A model generated the notes under the pieces. That model searched no databases, had not been told where the DNA came from, and saw only the letters and a list, made by a program, of their open reading frames with translations. From Glaucostegus cemiculus (lineage: Eukaryota): 64,000 bases of DNA. The stretch covers positions 248,001-312,000 of the forward strand of contig CDPCPM010000020.1 of assembly GCA_976551045.1 (NCBI GenBank), given 5' to 3'. The first letter of the stretch is position 1, and each line of letters opens with the position of its first letter. This document shows, piece by piece, positions 26,397-39,825 of the stretch. The position numbers were made by a program, and so were the translations under genes.

Positions 26397-28771
26397 ACAA
26401 CCAGGGGTTGGTAACCCACAAGGATTCCACCCAAGAGGCAAACCAGCTAATCAACAGCAACAGTGGCAACAGCAGTTAATACAAAGGCTTCCTGGGCAGA
26501 CCCGTTTCCAGCAACCAGAATCTTTGCATGTGAATAGGCCTGGAATGACGATGCAAATGAATAGCACAGCTGGGCTTAACCCTAGAATTGCCACTCAAAT
26601 CACTTTTCAAAATGCACAACAACAAATTGTAGCTTCACCTATTCCTGTGAGTCCTCAGTATATAGAACTGAGGCACAATTCCCAACGAATGCCCATAGCT
26701 GCCCAATTGGTACAGCGTGCACCCCAGCCAAGGCCACGCCTTCCATTACCAAATCAAGAAGTCAGTTCATTTGTGCACCAAATGCAGGGATGCAAGGTCA
26801 TATCGAGAGGTCCAGGCACACCTTTGCCACAGTCACCAGTTGGAATTACACTCTTGCCCCAGCAGAATATTTCTACTCCATTACCATCCTCACCTCATTC
26901 AGTGGAAGTATCAAGTGCCCATCAGCATATCCAGACAAAAGATCCATCTACAGTACAAGTTGAAGCACAGCAGCCATTTCAGACTAGTTCATCAACTACA
27001 GCATCCACTTCAAGTTGCAGTACTGATGGCTTGAAGGACAACGCAGTATCCTTTCCACTTAACTCTGTCCCATCCATCTCCAATGTAGTTAGAGAGCACA
27101 CAGAGTTGGATCCAAGGAAGATCTCTTGTGATGATTCAGTTGAAAAAGCTTTAGATGAAGAACTAGGTTCACCTAAAGAGCTAGATGAAGAAGATGACCT
27201 TGCCAATTTGAGTCTTGACCCAGACAGCAAGACAGATGATGAACTTGGTAACCTTGATAACCTAGAAACCAATGATCCCCACCTTGATGATCTTCTGAAA
27301 TGTGAGGAATTTGATCTACTAGCTTATACTGACCCTGAGCTAGACACTGGTGACAAAAAGGACATATTTACAGAGCAATTGCGTTTAGTGGAATCTGCAA
27401 ATGAGAAGGCAGAAGAAAATCAGAGTACACTTGCTGATCAGGGTGCTGTAGACCCAGCTGTTCGACGGACAAATGATAATATCAGCAGCTCTGATTTAGA
27501 AAAGACTGAGAAAGAAGAGGAGAGTGGAAAAGCAAAAACTAAATCTGATATTGTTGCAGATACTCTATCTTCTTCTGATAGGATTACTTGTGAGTCAGTG
27601 AATGACGTCAATACAGAAACGAGTGCTCACAGTCAAAGCAGTGATCCAGTCACTAGGGCCCCATCTACTGATAATTCTCCTAAGCCTACTCTTGATCTAG
27701 TGATGAAGGTAGAAGAAAATGTTTCCCAAAGTTCAGCTTGTCAGTTTGTAGGAAATACTTCCACGGCTCAGACAGTTTTGATAAAATCAGAAAGCCCACC
27801 AAAGGGAGATGATGAGAGAGGAGCAGTGTCAATGCTACTCAATCTGGGTACTGGACTTAGTGTCAACACAAGTATAGCGATGTGTCAGAGTTCTGCATGC
27901 ACGACCAGTGGAACACCGACAACTACTCAAAGTGGTACAGTTGCTTCGGGTAGTCATGGATCTGCACGGATTCCCAACAATGAACATTCTAATGTGGACT
28001 TGGAAACTATGCCCTGCACATCTTCAGCACAGATAATATCCAAGTTGCCACTGGTGGTCCAGTCTAGGCCATCATTGGGTAAATTTGGACTTGATGAAAT
28101 GTGCCAACATGTGCCCAGTATGGAGCCGAAACGTCGGTCTGTGGATGACCTTGTCAAAGTGGAGAGCTCTTTGGAGGCAAGTGAGCTTCCACTACTTCTC
28201 CATGATTTACTTGAACAAGAGAAAATGGAACTGCAGCAGCAGCAGTTGGGAGGATCACAGTGTATATCTGCTCAACAGCAGCAGCAGCAGCATTCAGGAC
28301 CAAAGACCCATCTTCCAGTTCTGCAACAGCAGCAACAGCTTGAGGTTTCACATCAACAGACTCATCCAGGGCTTCCCCAACACCTTCCAACAACACAGCA
28401 GTCTCAGCACCTTGAGGGGCCACAACAGAATTTAAACTTGCCACAGCCACATATCTTGGGGGTGATACAACATCATCAGTTGGGGATCCCAAGATCTCTT
28501 CCATCTTCACAGCAGCAACAATTGGCAGCATCACAGCAACGGCTTGGAGCCTCACCACATGTAGTCATGTCCCAACAGCAGCAGCATGTGGCAACAGGGC
28601 AACATCCAACACAGCAGATAGTGGCTTCACAGCAGAGTCAACATTTGACCTCACCGCAGTTATTGCCAACTCAGCAGTTGGCTGTATCGCAAATGGGCAT
28701 CATGCAGCAGACGCAGCAAGTTGTGATGCAACAGCAGCAACAGTTAGCCAATGCTTTCTTCCCAGATACAG
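26397..28771 (+). CDS. KMT2D: KMT2D large exon (exon-34 equivalent), acidic and Gln-rich, 2375 nt, two LXXLL motifs
   Basis: ORF 26524-28803 extended to the TTTTCTAG acceptor. Contains YIELRHN, NDPHLDDLL (27283-27297), ELPLLLHDLLEQEK (28198-28212) and LANAFFPDT. CAG|GTACAG donor. Confidence 0.96.
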
Positions 28772-28884
28772 GTACAGTAGGTAATGAGCAAGCTTACAGA
28801 TAACGTAGGCTTCTTTCTCGTTGACCATTAATGGCCGCTGCACTGAATTAGTAGTAGAAATATCATGCTCTGGTTTTCATGATC

Positions 28885-29135
28885 TTTTGTTCAGGTGGTC
28901 AGTAAAAATCCCATGTCACTGTGATAAAAGGAAGCTTTTGGTGTCTTGGCCGATATTCCCCCGCAAGCAGAACCAGAAGTAGAATGTAACTTGTAGATCT
29001 CATAGCTGTTTATGGGATCTTGTTGTGCGCAAAAGGCTGTTGCAATTACCATCACTGTGCTTCAAAGTAATGTACGTGAAGTGCTTTGAGACATTTCTGA
29101 GAGACATGATAATGCGCTATGTAAAAGCAAGTGAC
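28885..29135 (+). mobile_element. Deu-domain SINE (AmnSINE1/SacSINE1-like), second copy
   Basis: CAGGTGGTCAGTAAAAATCCCATGTCACT, GCTGTTTATGGGATCTTGTTGTGCGCAAA and GTGAAGTGCTTTGAGACATTTCTGAGAG..GCGCTATGTAAAAGCAAGT. Similar to 20150-20465. Confidence 0.7.
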
Positions 29136-32100
29136 TTTGTTTACTTGTTTAATTTCAATTTCTGTTGTGTAGAAAGTGGGTTAGGATGGAATTTTGTTGC
29201 TTTTTAAAACCTGTTTTGTTAACCTAGCAGTTACTCAAAATTTGTGTTTTGCAATGCTATTTAATCCCATTTCACATAGTTCTGTGAATGAAAATGATAG
29301 CATTCAATAATTGGAGGAAATTACCTTTAACAAATGGAGGCAACAGTCACAATAACCATTTCTTTGTAGAATTATAAAGAAAAACTGCAAATGCTAGAAA
29401 ATACACAAGTTAGCATCTTATCAGAGCTTTGTTTCCTCTGGAATGACCAACTTTTGAAAGCCTACAGGTTAAGTGGTGCTTGTGTGTATTCTGGATTTAC
29501 TGCAGATCAATCAGTAATTCATTTTGTTAAACACAGTTTATTTTTCATTGTTCCTCCTCCACACACCATAGGAGAATTGTCTATCTTCGTATGCTCTCAG
29601 GAAACATGTGTCATGTTTGCTCACAGAAAACGTTATCAAGATGTTGCAGAAAGGTGATGCTTCGAATGATTGCCCTTGCAACGTGAATTTCCAGGATTTT
29701 TTCATTGTGCCACTTTAGATTTTTTTTTCCAGCTGAATATCCTGTGCTCTTCATATCATTTGCTTATCTGCTGAAATGTTAGTTAGTCTCTCCTCAGGTT
29801 TGGGTTTGTTGAGAGATTGTTAAACTTTGTCAATCTAGTTCAGGTTCTTGTAGTTTCCTTTTTTTTATTGGAAAACTCAATGGGCGGTATTGAGAAACAA
29901 AACACAATGTTGTCCCTTTCAGCTGCAGTGTGCAGAAGACGACATGTTCTTTAGGCTTTCTTTGGCATGAAAAAGTTAATAGTCTGATGTTTTCCCAAAA
30001 CAAAAGGTCCCTCTATGGAATCTGCATACTGCCTCATGGCTTCATCTGTTGATGAGGGGAGCTGGTTCAATATATTGGGAGGCTATTTTGGATTCCTATA
30101 ACTCACGATGAGGGACGGGTGTCTCCCTCTGATATTGGGTATTCTGCAAGATGTCAACCTAAACTGGTACTGTCTGGACCCTGACCTCTGAGTTTCAGAC
30201 AGGAATGTTGCCACTAAGTTAAAAGCACTATTCTTCTTTAGATTATATGGCATCACCAGTGACAAATCAAGTGCTTCCTAGACTGCTGATTGTGCACCAA
30301 TAAAGCGGTCAGAAATCACAGCGATAAATGCACGAGCTAAATGTTAATTTCTAATCTCTATGCTCTGCATAGTGTGTTCAAAGTGACTCATGGTGGTTGC
30401 ATCCTTGTCATTGCCCATGGAATATGTGCATCAAAGCAAATTAAACTAAACAGTTTCATAAATGTGGAAGGACATCTGCACCAATTCCTACAGCAGGTAA
30501 TCACATTTGCAATAGACCCTTCTCGTTTGTGGACTTTTGTGATCATGGCGTTAATGCTTGCTCCTTGAACGTGCAGCAGTTACAGTAAAGTGTTTGTGGA
30601 TTTCAGAGACTGCTTAATGGCTGTGCAGCCCTTTTGTCCACTGTACTTGATTAGGGAGCACGTACTGGCTATTTCCTTAAGGAAGAGGCAGTAATTAATC
30701 CTGGTGTTGATAGCAAATCCATGGTTTTCGATTTATTGGTCCACAGACTGCATTAATTACATTTAATGCCATTTCCTTTCACTGTTATGACAGATATAGC
30801 TTCCCTTTGACAGGGCAAGTGTAGAACGTGAGGGGAATTTTGAAACCAAAAGCTGACAACGTGAATGTTTTTGCAGGGAGGGATATGAAAAGATAAGATC
30901 CTTTTCTTGACCTCCCATCCCTCAGTTGAGCAGCTATGAAAAAGCCATTTTAACTTCATTTTTTTTGTGTGGTGTCCAGGTTTGCTTACTGGCTTATCAA
31001 TGACGACCTATTCCGAGACAGCTCTCAATGGTTATGGACTGCTGAGTATTGCATATCTATTGGAACTACCTGCAGGAATTTGCAGCTGTATTGAGATTAT
31101 TCACCATTTCTGAAATGCATCTCCAGGGTGCCATAAGATAATGCAGCATTCAGGGCACTATCATGCTAGCAGACTGTCAGACATGAGACAAAATGTAAGC
31201 ATTGTGGACAAGAATGAATATGCCCCAGTTGAGAGGGATGAGGCATCTGCTTGCATATATTTTGTTCAAAAACAAATGCACTGTACTAAACCTCAAAAAT
31301 GCAGGATGTGACAAATGACAATCAGTGTAAGAGATATCCGATTTTACGTCTGTGATTGCAAAGGATCTCCAGTGCTTTGGGTTATTAGCTTATCGAGGCC
31401 GTATTCCTGAGATCTCCCACGCAGTCCACAGGCAGGATTCTTGGTTAGGCGCAAATTAACCAAGCTACAGCCTAACCAAGAGGAAATATTTTGGGGGACT
31501 TTTTCCAAACAATTCAACCGATTTATAGTATGCAGAGGCCTAATGATCCTCTTTTTTTTTAAAATGTGATGTTGCTGCTGATGAAATGCTATTTAATAAG
31601 TTTTGAGTATATTAGAAAAGCCATTATTGTAGTTTCCAAAGTGTAACTTAAGTTGCACGTTCAGACAGCAACTGTCTTGCAGTTTTGCATAGGGACATTG
31701 GTCTTGCAGGCTTGCATAGGGACTGGCACTTCAAAGCATTGGTTACAAGAGCAGACAACTTGATATAATTAATCAATTGGTTGATTGAAATTTTGGTCAG
31801 TGTTTCCAGGTCATGTTACAATGCAAATGGTGTGTGCGTATATCTGGGCATGATGATGATACTTCATGACATAACAAATAAAAGGGGATGGGAGCTCATT
31901 AATACTTTGTCAAAATGTAAAAATGTCTTTTGTTCTTGATGGCTCGGTCATAGGATTCCACCAGGTATGGCATTTCACCAGTTGAGATAACATACTGACA
32001 AATGCCTTCAGTTTCATCCCAGTAGTACTCAGAAATGATGGACGGGTTATGGTAGTGTAATGGTTATCTTAACTGGCTCATGGTGTGGGCTGATTTTCCA

Positions 32101-33244
32101 GAGCACTAGTTTTTCCAGATCTCATCATGGCAAATATGGATTTTAAGTTTAGTTAAGTTAAATTAACTGTATGGAATGGGTAAGAAATTGTTACTCTGAC
32201 TGATGCAATGAAAAACTATTGGATTGTCATATTAAGTAAACTTTTTTGACTTATTCATTTTTCAGGATCTGGGCATTACTGGCAAAGCTAACATTTATTG
32301 CCAATTGTTAACCTCCCTTGAAATGAGTACTTTGCTTAGTGACTTAAGAGTCAACCACACTGGTGGGTCTGGAATCCTATATAGGTATGACAGCAGATTT
32401 TCACTGGTCTTTAACCTGAAGTGCTAACTCTGCTTTTTCCACAGATGCTGCCTGATTTGCTGAGTGGTTCCAGCATTTTCTGTTTTTATTTTAGCAGATT
32501 TCCCATCTTGAAGGATGTTAATGAACCATATACTATATGACAAACGAGTAGCTTCATGTTATTAAGGCTAGCTGTTTTTTTCCTTCTCCCTTTTTTAAAT
32601 TGCACATCATTAACTGAGTTAAAATTCCACTACTGCCATGGTAGGGTTTTAAACTCGGGTCTCTGGACCATTAGACCAGGCCTCTGGGTTACTTGACATA
32701 ACTTAACAGCCGTGCTACCACCTGCTTCGCCAATGTCCTCAAGGAAAGGGACATCTGCTCTCTTTACCCGGTCTGTGCTCTATGTAATTTTGACTTCACA
32801 GCAATCTGCTTGACTCTTAACTAATCTTTGGTTGAGCAAACCACTGAAATGTTGGGAAATTAGAAATGGGCCACAGACAGTGGCCTTCAATAGTGTCCAC
32901 TTTCCTATAATAAATTTGAAAGCAAACACTCAGAGGTAGTTTAGGATGCTTTCAGGAGTTGTTAGTCTTGATTAGATGGAGTCTCCTTTTCGTGGGCACA
33001 CATTTGTTTCTTTCTCATTCCCTGAGCTTGTGAATGATTGCAAGGGTCAAACCAGACTTTCCAAAAATGGCTTCCAGTATATCATTTGGACTGGGAATTT
33101 CCCTGTATTGTTCATTGTTGTGTGAGATCTTTGTGGTGGGTTGTGGGGAATGATCAAATGCTGGTCTCAGGGAATGAGATGGTTCTGGGGTGACTTGCCT
33201 GCTGTTGAAAGTTCAGGATTAAATCGCTCGTCCTTAGTACGTTT

Positions 33245-33690
33245 GAACTCAAAGTCGAGTTTATTGTCACCTGCACAAGTACATGAATGCATAGGTGCAA
33301 TGAAAATCTGACTTGCAGCAGCATCATGGGCACACGGCATCAGATAAGCAGCATTCACAAGAAGAACGTAAATGAAACATGAATTATATGCAATTTTTAC
33401 AAGGGAAAAAAGTGATCGGAACAAAGGGGGGAAAAAAACAAACTCCATTTTAGTGCAAAGTGATTAGAGTGATCATAGTATTGCTAAACTGTAGTGGTGA
33501 TTAGGGTTTTGCTGGTTGGTTCAATAAGCAAATGGTTGAAGGGAGGTAGCTGTTCCTGAACCTGGTGGTGTGGGACTTCAGGCTTCTGTACTTCCCGCCT
33601 GATGGTAGCTACGAGAAGATAGCATGGCCCGGATGGTGGGATCTTTGATTGTTGCCGCCTTGAGGCATTGTCTCCTGTACATATGTTAAG
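33245..33690 (-). mobile_element. Rex/Babar-type LINE 3' end
   Basis: TTTATTGTCAC tail and AGCTGTTCCTGAACCTGGTGGTGTGGGACTTCAGGCTTCTGTAC..CCTGATGG segment, homologous to 36425-36800. Confidence 0.7.
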
Positions 33691-34164
33691 ACGAGGCAGG
33701 CCCATTTCCTTTGGGATACAGATGAATGAACAGCAAACTTGGCTCAGAATCTGTAGTGATAAATGTGTGTCTGGCAACTGATTTTTACCTACTAATTTCT
33801 AAATAATTCCCTTTGCATTTACCTCTGTTAACTGATTAATTGACAGCCCTATTAAAAATACAATACAAAAGGAAACTTGTAGCAAAAGACAGGCAAGCAG
33901 CTAGTGTTAACCCAGTGTTTAACAGGGGCAAAGAAAAAGAGACCAAGGAAGTTGTAACATCTATGGACAGAAAATGTAAAAAAAAAAACGAAGTCAACGT
34001 GGATTTCAAAAGGGGAAAGTATACTTTACCTAAACATTGAACTCTTTAAAGAAGTAGGAGTAGATTGGCAGAATGCTATTACGTGCAGTTGAACATGGAG
34101 TTTTATAGACCGTTACAGGTCAATGAGTTTTTTGCTCAGAACAGGCCAGTTCTAATACAAACTG

Positions 34165-35020
34165 GAAATGCTGGTTATCTGAAGTCATTGAACATGGGGT
34201 TGAGTGCCAAGGGCTTGTAATGTGCTTAGTTGATTGAAGAGGTGTTGTGTCCAAGCTTAGGTTTGGGCATCATTGGAGCAGTTTCAAAGGTAAAAGCAGA
34301 GGTTAGAGTAGGATGGAAAATTAAAATATCAAGCAACTGGAAGCTCGGGGTCGCCCTTGCAGACAAAGCGGTAATGTGCTGCAGGCAGTCGTCCAATTTG
34401 CATTTGGTTTATCCAGTATGTAAGAGATTTTATCAAGAGCACGAATGCAACATACTAAATTATACTAAAATACTGAAAAGTGAAAGTGAATTACTGCTTC
34501 ACATGAAAGCTGTTTGGGTTCCTGAATGATGGCAAGAGGTAGAAGAGCAGGTTTTGCATGGGAAGGTGTACAAGAAAGGCATTGGGTGTAGATGAACTAG
34601 AGTATCGCAGAGGCAGCATTCCTTTGGATTGCTGATTGGAGAAGAAAGATGTTTCTGGTGGTGGCATCCTGTTGTCAATGGCAGAAATTACAGAGTATAT
34701 GTATTACTGGATGTGGAGATTGTTCCAACCTTTCAGCTGTAACAAAGGGAAGCCTCCCCTTGCTCTGGGTGGAAGGAGAGGCCGAGAGAGCAGAAGTGTG
34801 GCAGATGGAGCAAACACAGTTGAGAGTTGACATCACTGTGGAAGGTGTTATCAGAACAGAAACAAAGGAGCTGGAAAAACTTGGAGAAAGGAGCAGTCCT
34901 TGAGCTGTGGAAGGACGCAGAAAAGATAGCTGTAAACATCTGTGAACTTGTAGTGGATATTGGTCACTAACCTGTATTCTGCGATGGAGAAGCTGAGAAA
35001 GGGAAAGAAAATGTGAGGAT
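34165..35020 (-). mobile_element. Penelope-like retroelement relic (RT thumb and GIY-YIG region)
   Basis: Reverse-strand peptides RLVTNIHYKFTDVYSYL and a decayed YIGETK-like segment near 34385-34425. Multiple disablements. Confidence 0.7.
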
Positions 35021-35045
35021 TGAAGAAGAATGAGAACAAAATAGA

Positions 35046-35745
35046 ATGTGTTGCTATGGGAACCTGCATAGGTCCAAATTATGCCCACCTTATTATGGGA
35101 TATATGGAATTCTTCATGTTTCAATGCTACTCGGGCACCCTCCTTTACCATATTTTCCTCTTGCATTGAATACCATATTGGTGCAGTTTCCTGCCCTCAT
35201 AGAAAGTTCAAAAGTATTGTCACCTTTTCTACCAATTTCTACTCCGCTTTTACTTCCACCTGGTCACCTCTGATTCATCGCTGTGTCTCCATTTTGGCAA
35301 ATACGTTAGTGACCAATGTCTATTCCAAGGCCAAAATAATCCCACAGCTATCTTGACTGCCCCTCCTTGCACTCTGCTTCCTTTAAGGACTCTGTTCCAT
35401 TCTCCCAGTTTTTTTCAATTCTTTTGAATCTTCCACACCACTAATTTCAAAGTATCTTCATTTCTTTCTGACAACTGTAGTTTATGCTCCTCCCAGAATT
35501 GACATGGGGCATCTCCTGTGCAATCTGCAAAAGAGTCTATGATTCCACATTGGCCTCATCATTCACCTTGCAACCCACATAACCAGAGCAGAAGCAAATC
35601 CTCTTCAATCCCAAATGACATCCTAAGAAGAAGATTTGAAAGGACTCTCAATCTGCATCTAGTCCATTTCCTGCACTTCTCTTGTCCCTGCTCCTCCCAT
35701 CCAGAACGAGGGTAATATTCCCCTTGCCTTGACCTAAATAAGGTA
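35046..35745 (+). mobile_element. Penelope-like retroelement relic (RT core)
   Basis: Peptides AMGTCIGPNYAHLIMG and LVTNVYSK..SYLD..KDSVPFSQF resemble Penelope RT motifs. Confidence 0.7.
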
Positions 35746-35749
35746 AAAA

Positions 35750-36420
35750 CGGAGTTTGCAAACTGGAATTGGAAATAGATTATCAATATTGCCACTGATA
35801 AAGTCAATACCAAGGAGGACAGTGTCAAAATATGACAATGTTAACAAGCTTGCAGAATAGACTTGTAAATGAGAAATGAACTTCAGTAGAAATATGTTGA
35901 GGTAGTTTTGAGCATAATAAGGCTATCCTTGGAAAATAATAGGGTTGTGGTGTACAGTGATCAGGTACAGGTTCACAAGTAATCAAAGGTGATAACAGAT
36001 TATCAAAGCCATTCAAAACACAAAGCACTGTGGTTCAATTGTTAAAAAGAAAACAGCAGTTGTGTTGTTATTACCTTAGTTAACATGCTACACTGTACAC
36101 TGCTCTGGGCTTCATAATGCAATAAGGAGATACAAATATTTGAAGAAAATGCAATTAACATTTTCAGAGGTGCTACTGGAACTGAAAGGATACAAATATC
36201 AGAAAAGGGCTTGATCGACTGGGGCTCTCTTCTAAGCTGGGATACTTTTAAAATAATGAAGGAATTCAATTTGGTAGATATCGAGACAATGATTCCATTT
36301 GGAGAGTCCAAACCTGAAGACCATGAACATGATAGTTCCCAATGAATCCAGTAAGGAATTCTGGACCAGGTTCTTCACCAGGTAGTGTTAGAATCTGGAA
36401 CTTGCTACCAAAGAGAGTAG
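35750..36420 (+). mobile_element. Decayed CR1-like LINE, continuing at about 37850-38020 after a nested insertion
   Basis: TACACTGCTCTGGGCTTC and GTTAGAATCTGGAACTTGCTACCAAAGAGAGTAG. A CR1-type tail TTGGATTGAATGGCTTGTTTCTGTGCT lies near 37980. Confidence 0.55.
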
Positions 36421-36421
36421 T

Positions 36422-37845
36422 TGGTATATTATTGTCACTTGTACCGAGGTACAGTGGAAAAACTTGTCTTGCATACCGTCCATACAGATCAATTCATTAC
36501 ACAGTGCATTGAGGTAGTATAGGGTAACAACAATAACAGAATACAGAGTAAAGTGTCACTGCTACAGGGAAGTGCATAGCAGGTAGAGAGTAAGGTGCAA
36601 GGTCATAACAATGTAGATTATGAGGTCAAGAGTCCATCTTGTCATATAAGGGAATCACAATGGGATAGAAGCTCTCCTTGAGCCTAGTGGTATGTGCCCT
36701 CAGGCTCCTGTATCTTCTGCCTGATGGGAGAGAGGAGAAGAGAGAATGACCTGGGTGGGGTCTTTGATTATGCTGGCTGCTTCACCAAGGCAGCGAGAGG
36801 TATAGACAGAGTCCATGGAGGGGAGGCTGGTTCCTGTGATGTGCTGGGCTGTGTCTGCAACTCTCTGCAGTTCTTGAAGAGCAGTTGCCATACCAAGCCG
36901 TGATGCATCTGGGTAGGATGCTTTCTATGGTGCATTGATAAAAGTTGGTGAGTGTCAAAGGGGACATGCCAAATTTCTTTAGCCTCCTGAGGAAGTTGAG
37001 ATGCTGGTGAGCTCTCTTGGCCATGGTGTCTACGTGGTTGAACCAGGACAGGCTATTGGTGATGTTCACTCCTTGGAACTTGAAGCTCTGAACCCTCTCG
37101 ACCTCAGCACCATTAATGTAGACGGGTGCACCTACACTGCCCCCTTTCCTGAAGTCAATGACCAGCTCTTTTGTTTTGCTGACATTGAGGTAAAGGTTGT
37201 CATGAAACCATGTCACCTAAGCTATATATCTCCTTCCTGTACTCCAACTCATTGTTATTTGAGATACGGCCTACTCTGGTGGTATCATCTCAAAACTTGT
37301 AGATGGAGTTAGAGCAGAATCTGACCACACAGTCATGAGTATATAGGGAGTAGAGGACTGAAGACTCAGCCTTGTGGGGCACCAGTGTTGAGAATAATTG
37401 TGCTGGAGGTATTGCTGCCTATCCTCATTGATTGTGGTCTGTTGGTCAGGAAGTCAAGGAAGGATCCAGTTGCAGAGGGAGGTGTTGAGTCCCAAGTCTC
37501 GGAGTTTGGTGATGAGTTTGCTTGGAATTATAGTATTGAAGGCAGAGCTGTAGTCAGTAAACAATAGTCTTAAGTAGGTGTCTTTACTGTCCAGATGCTT
37601 CAGCGATGAGTGTAGGGCCAGGGAGATGTCGTCCACTGTAGACCTGTTCTGGCGGTGGGCGAATTGCAGTGGGTCAAGGTTGTCTGGGAGGCTGGAGTTA
37701 ATGTGTGCCATGACTAGCCTCTCTAAGCACTTCACGATGGTGGACGTCGAAGCCACCAGTCAGAAGTCAGTAAGGCATGTCACCTTGTTTTTCTTAGGTA
37801 TTGGAGTGATAGTGGTGGTCTTAAAACAGGTGGGAACCTCACATT
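36422..37845 (-). mobile_element. Rex1/Babar-clade LINE, 5'-truncated
   Basis: ORF 37454-37756 ([52 protein letters not shown]) and ORF 36782-37216 (LNVSKTKELVIDFRK..FLRRLKKFGM..TIESIL..CITAWYGNC). Confidence 0.93.
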
Positions 37846-39119
37846 GAAGCATCAATACAGTTAAATGGCTTTGTTTAATAGTTTTAAAAAGAGTGAGAAA
37901 GAATAGAATGATGGGCAGAGGTTGTGACGTGATGTCGAGTAGGAGGAGGTGTGTGACATAAACTCATTGGTGTAAACTTATTGGATTGAATGGCTTGTTT
38001 CTGTGCTAATTAGTTCAATGTAATTGCAAGAATACAACGTTAATGTAACAGTCGAGACGGTTGTTTGAGTTCTGAATTATTTCAGCAGACTTGAAAATCT
38101 TGAAAAATTGTTATTGTCATTAAGTTGTCTGACAATTGAGACAACTTTGGACAACCAATTCTTCCATGGAAGCACTCTTTCACTGAATTATAAACCTTAG
38201 CAACATCATGAAATACCATGTATAATTCACATTACAGCCCTTGGTGCCACTTGCAACTGGGGACTATAAAATACTAAGCAACCAGTCTCCCTCCCTTAAT
38301 CTACGGCTTCTGGAGGAATATTTGAGAGTGTAAGCCATTGTTAAAGCAGAATTATAAATAGTTCACCCTACTATTGAAAGCGGACTAATGCTACAATCTG
38401 ATGTTTCAACTTTTTCAATAGTTGGCTAAGCGTTTTGTTGCTTTGTGAACTTGGGATTTCCTTCCAGCAAATCCTTTGCAGAAGTAAATGGAGATTGTTG
38501 GAACACACTTCACTCTCGCACTTAATATCTCGGCTTCCATCTGATCCAGCTGCTTTATTACTTTGCCGCATAATTTTTATTTTGCGGAAGGGATAGATTG
38601 CCAATCTGAAATGCTTTTGAGGGCCATTCATCCAAATGCTGAAGTTCTGAACTTCCTGAGAGCTTCTGTCCATTGCCATTCTGCTGTCTGAATGCCAACT
38701 TCCTGCATTTTTCCAGGAGTTAAACTGGGAAATCTTTCCACTAAATCTGCACCAGGTTAGATCTGATGCAGGGTCATTGATCCCATCCATGGACCCAAGG
38801 GTGTTTGGTAAGTTTGAAATAATTTGCATTTAGTTGAATTAATTTGGTTAAATATATTTGATTTTCTTCAATGTATCTATTATTTTATTTTCTAGTTGAA
38901 TTTTTCTGACATAATTTCAAATTTTTTATAGCAAGTTACTATTTTTGAATGTCAGAAACATTGAAAGTCTTTGAGAATTGTCTGCAGACCCAGGAAGATG
39001 GCTTAACCACCTCTTGAAGCATTTTCTGATGCTGTCCCGTCACTTGTTGTCCTGGGCTTTGTCAATCTAATATTGGATTTGGAGACCCAAGTTGCCACTA
39101 GAACCAAGTGCAGGTACAA

Positions 39120-39825
39120 AAACAGGAGCACGGGAAAATAATAGCAGGAGTAGGCCATCAGGTGCTTTGAGCTTGCCTCACCATTTAATATCATCATGGC
39201 TAACTGGTGCTGGCCTCAACTCTTCTTCTTTGCCATTTCTCCATTCCTCGATCTATCCTCAATTTAGGTAAGGGGACCAAAGCTATGCAGTATTCCATAT
39301 GAGGACTTGCCAGCTCCCTCTACAATTGCAACAGTTTTTAAAAGCCAGTCCCTTTGCAATGAAGGCCAAAATGCTGCTTGCCTTCTCAACTACTTGTACT
39401 GCCTGCTAACTTCGTGATTGATGCACTAGAACACCTGGATCCAACTGAACTTACCCACTTTCAGTCTCTCCATTTAGATAATCTGCCTTTTGATTTCTCT
39501 TTACCAAAGTGCATGAAAACTCCACTTGCCAGTCTTTTTCCCACTCATTCTATCTATCTATATCCCATTGCAGAATCACAGTGTCCTTATCACAACATTT
39601 TTGTATCATTGGCAAATTTGAAAACCTTGCATACTATTTTTTCAGGTCAATAATGTAAATAATTAGCAATTGTGGGACAAGAACTGATCCCTGTGGTACT
39701 CCACTAGTTGCCGCCTTCCAGTCTGAAAAGGGCCCATTTATTCCAACTCTGTGAGAGGGCCAGTTTTCAACCCATTCTAATGCACTTTCTTCAATACCAT
39801 GGGCTTTTAATTTATGCACCTGGTA
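39120..39825 (-). mobile_element. Decayed CR1-like LINE
   Basis: ORF 39634-39837: HGIEESALEWVENW..WKAATSGVPQGSVLVPQL. 3' tail AGCAGGAGTAGGCCAT. Confidence 0.8.
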
